From the NCBI GenBank assembly GCA_963813325.1, contig CAWEYM010000003.1:834449-898448 (forward strand): 64,000 bases of DNA, read 5' to 3'. The position numbers were made by a program, and so were the translations under genes. This document shows positions 57,731 through 64,000 of this stretch, piece by piece (the first letter of the stretch is position 1; the number at the start of each line of letters is the position of its first letter). The DNA comes from an uncultured Acidobacteriota bacterium (GTDB lineage: Bacteria; Acidobacteriota; Vicinamibacteria; Vicinamibacterales; JAKQTR01). The notes beneath the pieces are model-generated. The model made no database searches. It saw only the letters and a list, made by a program, of their open reading frames with translations, and was not told where the DNA came from.

Positions 57731-57752
57731 AGGGCCGCGGCAACGCGGCCCT
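57731..57752. terminator. hairpin between convergent lpxC and radical SAM genes (candidate bidirectional terminator)
   Basis: AGGGCCGCG-GCAA-CGCGGCCCT forms a 9-bp stem with a GNRA-type loop. Confidence 0.4.
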
Positions 57753-57756
57753 CGTG

Positions 57757-59118
57757 CTATCTCACCCAGAATGCCCGCGTCGTCGTTGGCGATCCGCACG
57801 TCTCGAACCAGTCAATCCCCTCGCTGACCAGGTCGAACTTCAGGCGGTACCGTCCCGGCTTGTCCGGGGCGGGCACGTCGATCACGATGTCGGCCTGCGT
57901 GCCGGGCTCGAGACTCGCAGGCAGCCATGCCCGCGCGTGGTCGCGGTCGAGGAGGCCGCCCTGCGCGTCGCACAGTTGCGCGCCCAGGCGCACGAGCCGG
58001 CGGCCGTAGCTGGCCGCGGCGGGAAACGGGCGGGTGGACAGGTTGTGGACCCGGGTCCTCACCCGCACGGATCGGCCGGACCGGCCGAGGATGGGCAGGC
58101 CCGGCGCCCACGTGACCACCTCGATGCGCGCGCGGGGCATGGCGCCGGGAATGGCGTTGCCCACGCCGCTCTGGTCCCACACCTCATGCCGGATCCGCTC
58201 GTAGCCGGGCGTGCCGGGGGCGAACCGGCGGGAGAACGCGCGCTCCGGATGATCGGTGATTTCCCACGACAACCGGTCGACACCAATCTCGGAGGCAAGA
58301 CGGCGCGCACGATCCATCTCCTCGTCGCTGTCGTTCCAGGTGAAGAGGATGTAGCGCCAGTTGATGACCGGCACGTCGCGGCCGGCCGATCGCTTCTCGT
58401 CGACCATCGCGCGGAGGTAGGCCAGCGCGACGTCGAAGCGCCCCCGCTGACGGTAGCGGGCGTAGGTGTCCTGGGTGGCGCCGTCGATCGAGAAGGTGAC
58501 CTCGTCGATGCCGCTGTGCGCCAGGCGCCGGGCCGACTCCTCCTTGAAGGCCAGCCCGTTCGTGCTGGTATAGAGATAGACGTGCGGGAACCGCGTCTTG
58601 ATGTACTCGCACATCTCGACCGCGCGCTTGTGCAGGAAGGCTTCGCCGTAGTTGAAGAAGTCGATGCGCACGAGCGACGGGCCCGCCTCGTCCACGACCC
58701 GGCGGAACACCTCGAAGTCCAGCATGCCCGCCTGGCGGGTGCGCGTGATGCCGGTCTCGGGCGCGCAGCACGCCTCGAAGCACGAGATATTGCAGGCGGC
58801 CGTGGTCTCGACGTAGAGCCGCGAGGGCAGGGCGGGCACCTCGAGGGGCCGTTGGGGCGGCGCCTCGGTGTCGCCCAGCGGCAGCTTGAGCGGGCAGTCG
58901 CCGCAGAACGCCGATCCGCCGCCGTTCAGGCCGCGGCGGAGATCCGTGATGACCGGGGCGGTCCAGATCTCGTGCAGCGACTGTTGCCGCGTGTCGCCCA
59001 GCACGCGCGCCGCGTAGGGATCGGCGCAGCCGCAGACCACCCGCCCGTCGCAGAGGAGGACGAGGGTGCTCCAGGGCCAGGAGCACGTGAACCGGGCGGC
59101 CCGGTAGTTGAGGGACAT
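57757..59118 (-). CDS. radical SAM-like protein with N-terminal SPASM-like Cys region and C-terminal Ig-like domain
   Basis: Residues 11-76 read CSWPWSTLVLLCDGRVVCGC...SLHEIW...FCGDCP (SPASM/twitch-like). The core is LYVETTAACNISCFEACC, then NYGEAFL and TNG. The C-terminus ends PGRYRLKFDLVSEGIDWFE. Confidence 0.75.
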   Translation of the reverse strand: MSLNYRAARFTCSWPWSTLVLLCDGRVVCGCADPYAARVLGDTRQQSLHEIWTAPVITDLRRGLNGGGSAFCGDCPLKLPLGDTEAPPQRPLEVPALPSRLYVETTAACNISCFEACCAPETGITRTRQAGMLDFEVFRRVVDEAGPSLVRIDFFNYGEAFLHKRAVEMCEYIKTRFPHVYLYTSTNGLAFKEESARRLAHSGIDEVTFSIDGATQDTYARYRQRGRFDVALAYLRAMVDEKRSAGRDVPVINWRYILFTWNDSDEEMDRARRLASEIGVDRLSWEITDHPERAFSRRFAPGTPGYERIRHEVWDQSGVGNAIPGAMPRARIEVVTWAPGLPILGRSGRSVRVRTRVHNLSTRPFPAAASYGRRLVRLGAQLCDAQGGLLDRDHARAWLPASLEPGTQADIVIDVPAPDKPGRYRLKFDLVSEGIDWFETCGSPTTTRAFWVR

Positions 59119-59139
59119 GGGGGCGGCCGGCGGGCGGCG

Positions 59140-59409
59140 CTACTTGTCGCCGCCGAGTTTGCGCATGTACGCGCCGAGCTTCTCGTTCTCGAAGGTGACG
59201 GTGTTCAGGAACACGCTCTCGACGAGGTAGTCGCGCCGCTCGTCCGGGGTCATCTGGTCGATGAGGTGACGGATCTCGCGCATCATGTCCTCGAACGAGC
59301 GCTCGAGCTCGCGTTTCGCGGTGACCTCCTGGTACAGGGTCTCCACCACCATGAGGAGGTCGCCGTCGAGCGCGATGTCCGCTCCCGTGCTGGTCTTTAT
59401 GGTCCGCAT
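59140..59409 (-). CDS. small hypothetical protein (89 aa, Cys-free, acidic/helical)
   Basis: MRTIKTSTGADIALDGDLLMVVETLYQEVTAKRELERSFEDMMREIRHLIDQM... The start lies 2 nt after the STAS stop. No family recognised. Confidence 0.55.
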   Translation of the reverse strand: MRTIKTSTGADIALDGDLLMVVETLYQEVTAKRELERSFEDMMREIRHLIDQMTPDERRDYLVESVFLNTVTFENEKLGAYMRKLGGDK

Positions 59410-59411
59410 GG

Positions 59412-59759
59412 CTACCCCCCGAAACTCGCCATGGCGCTCTGCTCGTCGGCGTGCAGGTCGATGAAATTCTGCGCCCCGGTCATCGTCAGCATCGTCTCGA
59501 CGCGCTTCTGCACGCCGGCCAGCTTCAGCGTGCCCCCGGCCGCGGTGGCCTGGCGGTAGAGATCCATCAGGCAGCCGATGGTGGCGCTGTCGATGTAGAC
59601 GACCGGGGCGAGGTCCACGAGGATCCTGGTCGTGCCGCCCTGGATGAGGCCCACCACCGCACCGGAAAAATCGGAGAGGAGGGGGTACATCAGGCGGGTT
59701 TCGCCAATGCGGACAACCGCAATGTCCCTGACGCGATCGATGGTGAGGTTCATGCTCAT
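59412..59759 (-). CDS. STAS domain protein (anti-sigma factor antagonist, SpoIIAA/RsbV-like)
   Basis: 115 aa. ILVDLAPVVYIDSATIGCL contains the conserved phosphorylatable-Ser context. The start overlaps the sigma-factor stop (ATGA). Confidence 0.8.
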   Translation of the reverse strand: MSMNLTIDRVRDIAVVRIGETRLMYPLLSDFSGAVVGLIQGGTTRILVDLAPVVYIDSATIGCLMDLYRQATAAGGTLKLAGVQKRVETMLTMTGAQNFIDLHADEQSAMASFGG

Positions 59760-60394
59760 GCTCCGGACCGGTGGCCCGGCCCCTCGGGCGCGGCGGCACG
59801 AGACCGCTCCGATATGTCACGAAGCCGGCGGATTTGCCGGGCCAGTTCCCGGCGCCCGCGGTTGATGCGCGACTTCACGGTGCCTTCAGGTAAGTGTAAC
59901 TGTTCGGCAATCTCCTGGTACGACAGTTCTTGAATGTCGCGCATGACCACGGCCGTTCGCAGCGGCACGGGGAGCTGGTCGAGGGCCAGGCGGAGCTGCT
60001 GGGCGAGATCCCGGCGTTCCAGCTGGCGGAGCGGGCTGGCATCCGACGAGGCGGGGGAGAGGTCGTCCGCGTTGACGTCGCGGTCGATCGTCTCGCGTTC
60101 CTTGCGGACGCTGCGGTAGTGGTCGATGCAGAGGTTCCGGCTGACGCTGATCAGCCAGGTCTGGAAGTTGGCCCGGGCGTCGAACGTGGCCAGCGACCGG
60201 AAGAGCTTCAGGAAGATGTCCTGGGTGAGGTCCTCGGCCTCGTCGTGGCGGCCGACGAACTTGTACGCGACGTTGAACACCTTCCGCCAGTACAGGCGGA
60301 CGATCGCCTCCCAGGCGGCCTGATCGCCCTGCAGGCAACGCTCGATCAGCGCATTGACATCGGGCGTGACGTAGTTCTGATCGGTGGAAGGCAT
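59756..60394 (-). CDS. ECF-type RNA polymerase sigma-70 family factor
   Basis: Region 2 is DLTQDIFLKLFRSL..FQTWLISVSRNLCIDHYR. Region 4 is LSYQEIAEQLHLPEGTVKSRINRGRREL. I chose ATG 60394 rather than the track's TTG 60442. Confidence 0.88.
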   Translation of the reverse strand: MPSTDQNYVTPDVNALIERCLQGDQAAWEAIVRLYWRKVFNVAYKFVGRHDEAEDLTQDIFLKLFRSLATFDARANFQTWLISVSRNLCIDHYRSVRKERETIDRDVNADDLSPASSDASPLRQLERRDLAQQLRLALDQLPVPLRTAVVMRDIQELSYQEIAEQLHLPEGTVKSRINRGRRELARQIRRLRDISERSRAAAPEGPGHRSGA

Positions 60395-60458
60395 GCCGGT
60401 CACGGGGCAGGGCAGAATACCGCACGGGTTTTCGGGTGTCAAACGGCCGGGGCTCGGC

Positions 60459-60464
60459 TAGAAT
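60459..60464 (+). promoter_or_regulatory. candidate -10 box TAGAAT, 9 nt before the lysA start codon
   Basis: GGCTAGAATCG lies just upstream of TTG 60474 and there is no SD-like sequence between them. This would imply a leaderless or near-leaderless lysA mRNA. Confidence 0.25.
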
Positions 60465-60473
60465 CGAAGCGCC

Positions 60474-61715
60474 TTGGCTGGATTCTCCCGCGTCCGCGAC
60501 GACCTCGCCTGCGACGGCGTGCCCGTGGCCGCGATCGCCCGCGCCGTGTCGACCCCCGTGTACGTCTACAGCGCCGCCCGGGTGCGGGCGGCGCACGCCG
60601 ACCTCGACGCGGCGTTCGCGTCGTACCCGCACACGCTGCACTTCGCGTTGAAGGCCAACTCGACCCTCGCGCTGGTCCGCCTGATCCGGGAACTGGGCTG
60701 CCAGGCCGACGCGAACTCCGGCGGCGAGATCGATGTCGCGCTCCGGGCGGGCTATCAGCCGGCGGACATCGTCTTCACCGGCGTCGGCAAGACGCACGAC
60801 GAGCTGGACCGGGCGGTGGCCCTCGGCGTCAAGGCCATCAACATCGAGTCGGACGGCGAGGCGGCGCGCATCGACGCGATTGCGCGCGCGCGCGGCGTGC
60901 GTGCGCGGGTCGCGGTGCGGGTGAATCCCGACATCGATCCCCGCAGCCACCCGCACATCTCGACCGGCCTGCGCCACAACAAGTTCGGCGTGCCCATCGA
61001 GCACGCGCCCGGCCTGTTCCGATCGATGGCGGGCCGCAGCGGGCTCGATCCGGTCGGCATCCACGCCCACCTCGGGTCGCAGGTGCTCGACATGGATCCA
61101 CTGGCGCGCCTGGCACGCGCGGTGGCCGACCTCGCGACTGCCGTGCGCGATGCCGGCGTCCGCCTGCAGCATGTCGACCTCGGTGGCGGACTGGGCGTCG
61201 CCTACGACCAGACGCCGGCGCCCGAGCCCGACGCGTATGCCGCGGCCGTGCTGCCGGCCATCCGGGAAACGGGTCTCCACCTGCTGCTCGAGCCGGGACG
61301 GTTCCTGGTCGCGTCCGCCGGCGCGCTGGTGGGCAGTGTCGCCGATGTGAAGACCTACTCCGGGTCCCCCGCCTTCGTCGTGCTCGACACCGGCATGACC
61401 GAGCTCATCCGCCCGGCGTTGTACGGCGCGTACCACCGGATCGAGGCGGTGCAGCCGCGGCCGGGCCCGGAGCAGACGTGCGAGATCGTCGGCCCGCTCT
61501 GCGAGACGAGCGACACGCTTGGCCACGCGCGGCGGCTCGGCCCGATCGAGGTGGGCGACCTCGTCGCCATCTTCGACACCGGCGCGTACGGGTCGGTGAT
61601 GGCGTCGAACTACAACCGGCGGACGAAGCCCGCCGAGGTGCTGGTCGAAGACGGGCGCTGGCGCGTCATCCGGCGGCGTCAGACCCTCGACGATCTCGTG
61701 GCCCTGGAGGCATGA
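60474..61715 (+). CDS. lysA: diaminopimelate decarboxylase
   Basis: TPVYVYS, PLP-Lys context HFALKANS, GGGLGVAY, EPGRFLVA, and CETSD. Confidence 0.93.
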   Translation: MAGFSRVRDDLACDGVPVAAIARAVSTPVYVYSAARVRAAHADLDAAFASYPHTLHFALKANSTLALVRLIRELGCQADANSGGEIDVALRAGYQPADIVFTGVGKTHDELDRAVALGVKAINIESDGEAARIDAIARARGVRARVAVRVNPDIDPRSHPHISTGLRHNKFGVPIEHAPGLFRSMAGRSGLDPVGIHAHLGSQVLDMDPLARLARAVADLATAVRDAGVRLQHVDLGGGLGVAYDQTPAPEPDAYAAAVLPAIRETGLHLLLEPGRFLVASAGALVGSVADVKTYSGSPAFVVLDTGMTELIRPALYGAYHRIEAVQPRPGPEQTCEIVGPLCETSDTLGHARRLGPIEVGDLVAIFDTGAYGSVMASNYNRRTKPAEVLVEDGRWRVIRRRQTLDDLVALEA

Positions 61716-61722
61716 GCGGGCG

Positions 61723-62334
61723 ATGACGGGCGTGCTGATCGCGTTCGAAGGGCTCGACCAGAGCGGCAAGCAGACACAGGCGCGGCGCCTGCGCGAGCGG
61801 CTCGAAGCCGGGGGCCACCGCGTGGAATCCCTGGCGTTCCCCGACTACGCAACGCCCATCGGCGCCGAGATCGGGCGGGCGCTCCACGGGGAGCGGGACT
61901 TCGGGCCGGACGTGATCCAGCTGCTCCAGATCGCCAATCGGCACGAGTGGAAGCCCCGCATCGAGGCCTGGCTCGCGGACGGGCGCGTCGTCGTGTGCGA
62001 TCGCTATGCCGCCTCGAGCGTCGCGTACGGCGAGGCGCAGGGACTGGATGGATCGTGGCTGACCCGGATCCAGATCTACCTGCCCCAGCCGGCCATCACC
62101 GTGCTGCTCGACATCGCGCCCGAGACGGCCGCGCGCCGCAAGGCGCAGAACCGCGACCGGTTCGAGCAGGACCTGGCCATGCTCGGCCGGGTGCGCGAGA
62201 GCTACGCCCTGCAGGCCGCGCTCGGCCGCTGGCTCGTGGTGGACGCGGCGCGGCCGGTCGACGAGGTGGCGGCGGACGTGGCCGCGGCGGTCCTGCCCCG
62301 CGTCGCGGCGCTGGCGGGACGGAGCGGGACGTAG
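61723..62334 (+). CDS. tmk: dTMP (thymidylate) kinase
   Basis: P-loop FEGLDQSGKQTQ and the DRY motif (VVCDRYAASSVAY). Confidence 0.9.
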   Translation: MTGVLIAFEGLDQSGKQTQARRLRERLEAGGHRVESLAFPDYATPIGAEIGRALHGERDFGPDVIQLLQIANRHEWKPRIEAWLADGRVVVCDRYAASSVAYGEAQGLDGSWLTRIQIYLPQPAITVLLDIAPETAARRKAQNRDRFEQDLAMLGRVRESYALQAALGRWLVVDAARPVDEVAADVAAAVLPRVAALAGRSGT

Positions 62335-63090
62335 TCAGTACGAACCCCTCCTCACCACGCGGGCTGCCGTCAGCACCCGCACGTCCCGGGCTCCTCCCGC
62401 CTTGAGCACCCGCGCGCACGCCTCGAGCGTCGCACCGGTCGTGCTCACGTCATCAACCAGCAGCACGCAGGCGCCCGCCAGCACTCGCCGTGTCGGCTGC
62501 CAGCGCACGGGCCCGACGCGGGTCCAGCGGGTCAGCGCGAAGGCGCCCGCGACGTTGCGATGACGCCGGGCCGCCGGGAGGTCCACCTGCGGCGGAGTCG
62601 CGCGCACGCGCCGCAGCACGCTCCGCACCGGCACGCCGAGCCTCAGCGCCAGGTCCTCCGCCTGGTTGAACCCCCGCGCACGCCGCCTGGTCCGGTGCAG
62701 CGGAACCGGCACGGCGAGGTCGGCGCCCTCGATGACACGGCCGCCATGGCGCCGCATCAGGTCGCCGAGCCCCCGCGCGCCGGCCCGCCGGCCGTCGTAC
62801 TTCAGCGCGTGGATGATCGAGCGCAGCGCCCCCTGGTAGTCGCCGATCGCCGCGCCGCGATCCACGGCGCGCGTCCCGCGCCGGCACCGGGCGCACCGGC
62901 CCGCGCGGCCGTCCGCGATGCGCCACGATGGCAACGGATCGCCGCACCCGTCGCAGAGCGGTGGGCTGAAGGGATGGATGGCGGCCCAGCAGGCCTCGCA
63001 GACGGGCCCGCGCAAGGGACGGTCGAGCACGGACCCGCACGCCGCGCACTCGGGCGCGATGGCCACGGCCACGACGCCGTCGAGGATCAC
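62335..63090 (-). CDS. comF: ComF family protein (phosphoribosyltransferase domain)
   Basis: N-terminal Cys pairs (CAACGS...CEAC, CDGCG...CARC) and PRT motif VLLVDDVSTTGATL. The start is uncertain: GTG 63090 was chosen, and the track's 63303 overlaps rsfS implausibly. Confidence 0.8.
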   Translation of the reverse strand: MILDGVVAVAIAPECAACGSVLDRPLRGPVCEACWAAIHPFSPPLCDGCGDPLPSWRIADGRAGRCARCRRGTRAVDRGAAIGDYQGALRSIIHALKYDGRRAGARGLGDLMRRHGGRVIEGADLAVPVPLHRTRRRARGFNQAEDLALRLGVPVRSVLRRVRATPPQVDLPAARRHRNVAGAFALTRWTRVGPVRWQPTRRVLAGACVLLVDDVSTTGATLEACARVLKAGGARDVRVLTAARVVRRGSY

Positions 63091-63163
63091 GCCAAGGGCG
63101 GCCGCCCACGGCCGCGGGCCCGATCGCGCCTCTCGCGCCTCCCCGGTCGGGCGCGGCGAGCCG

Positions 63164-63553
63164 TCAGGCGGGAACGTCGGCGATCGGGATGCGGTCGGCG
63201 GCGCCCCAGAGACGCTCGAGGTCGTAGAACCGCCGCTTCTCCCCGTTGAAGACGTGGACGACGAAGTCGAAGTAGTCGAGCAGGACCCACTCGGATCGCC
63301 CATAGCCTTCGACGTGCGCCGGCTTCACGCCGACCTGTCCGAGTTCGAGTTCGATGGCGTCGGCCACCGCCTTCACCTGACGCGGGTTCTGCCCCGAGCA
63401 GATGACGAAGAAGTCCGTGAAGGAGGCTTCCTTGCGCAGGTCGAGAACGACCACGTCGCTGGCCTTCTTCTGGTACGCCGCGTGCGCCGCCACCCGCAGG
63501 GGCTCCGGCAGCGCCGCCTGGCTCGCGTCGCGCTTCGGCTGGGCTTTGCTCAT
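63164..63553 (-). CDS. rsfS: ribosomal silencing factor
   Basis: 129 aa from ATG 63553. Features are KKASDVVVLDLRK..FTDFFVICSG and WVLLDYFDFVVHVF. Confidence 0.9.
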   Translation of the reverse strand: MSKAQPKRDASQAALPEPLRVAAHAAYQKKASDVVVLDLRKEASFTDFFVICSGQNPRQVKAVADAIELELGQVGVKPAHVEGYGRSEWVLLDYFDFVVHVFNGEKRRFYDLERLWGAADRIPIADVPA

Positions 63554-63581
63554 GCAAATCGTCGGCCGCGGGCCGGCCCGA

Positions 63582-64000
63582 TCAGTCCGCCGCGGGGCCC
63601 GCCCCGTACAGGCCGTACCGGCAGATGTGGTGTTCGACATCGGGCGGCACAAGGCCCGCGAGCGGCCGCCCGTCGTGCGCACGCGCACGCACGTCCGTGG
63701 AAGAAATCGCTGGCGTGTCGACATCGAGGAGCCAGATCCGCGGGATCGGCTCCTGCCCGGGCGCGCGTCCGTCGCGCGGCGCATCGATCATACGCGGGGC
63801 CAGGTCCGGCATCCGGTGCCGGGCCAATGCCGCCGGGAACCCCGGGCGCGCGCAGACGACGAAGTGCGCGAGGTTCAGGAAGCCGGGGTACTCGTGCCAC
63901 GTGGCGATTTCTGCAAACGCATCCGCGCCCGTGACGAAGAAAAGCTGCAATGGGTCGTGCCCCTGGGCGTGCAGGCCGCGCAGGGTGTCCACCGTGTACG
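63582..64000 (-). CDS. nadD: nicotinate-nucleotide adenylyltransferase (N-terminus beyond the right edge)
   Basis: The frame is open to the window edge. It reads ...YTVDTLRGL...FVTGADAFAEIATWHEY...ISSTDVR, typical of the NadD C-terminal half, and sits upstream of rsfS as in many bacteria. Confidence 0.85.
   Translation of the reverse strand, partial: YTVDTLRGLHAQGHDPLQLFFVTGADAFAEIATWHEYPGFLNLAHFVVCARPGFPAALARHRMPDLAPRMIDAPRDGRAPGQEPIPRIWLLDVDTPAISSTDVRARAHDGRPLAGLVPPDVEHHICRYGLYGAGPAAD

Overview
High-GC (about 70% judged by eye, not computed) chromosomal segment from a diderm bacterium, as shown by lpxC, tonB, lgt/lspA and periplasmic Cu/Zn SodC. Composition and gene content would fit an Acidobacteriota- or Gemmatimonadota-like lineage, but I cannot place it from sequence alone. 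I support about 62 protein genes and found no rRNA, tRNA or CRISPR. Most of the window is housekeeping: ileS-lspA-lgt-rluD, an M16 peptidase pair, HIT-prmC-prfA, moaD/moaE, bioY, class I fumarase, ALDH, erpA, sodC, a peptide-type ABC importer without ATPase genes followed by DapA-family and class V aminotransferase genes, mtgA, a CoxLSM-type molybdenum hydroxylase, uvrA, lpxC, lysA, tmk, comF-rsfS-nadD. Accessory or unusual content: (1) an ISKra4-like IS (16003-17836) with 11-bp terminal inverted repeats and an intact 8-bp target duplication, 62 nt upstream of moaE, whose transposase is split at an A5G5 run; (2) an S8 subtilase ending in about 14 near-identical 18-bp repeats encoding (D/N/S)SIIWG, including a compensated +1/-1 frameshift, flanked by an orphan excisionase-type HTH, a less GC-rich gap and a sigma-54 activator; (3) a tightly coupled ECF sigma / STAS / 89-aa protein / radical SAM operon, in which the SPASM-like Cys region sits N-terminal to a core with a non-canonical CX3CX3CC motif; (4) a Fur domain fused to a ferritin-like diiron domain; (5) a ~98-nt element present twice, each copy starting at a stop codon; (6) a 22-bp x ~6.9 intergenic tandem repeat; (7) a secreted protein / matrixin / two 4-TM proteins / TAT-Rieske cluster. 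Many long ORFs in the track are antisense artefacts of high GC. All motif, repeat and start-codon calls were made by reading the sequence. No searches or computations were run.
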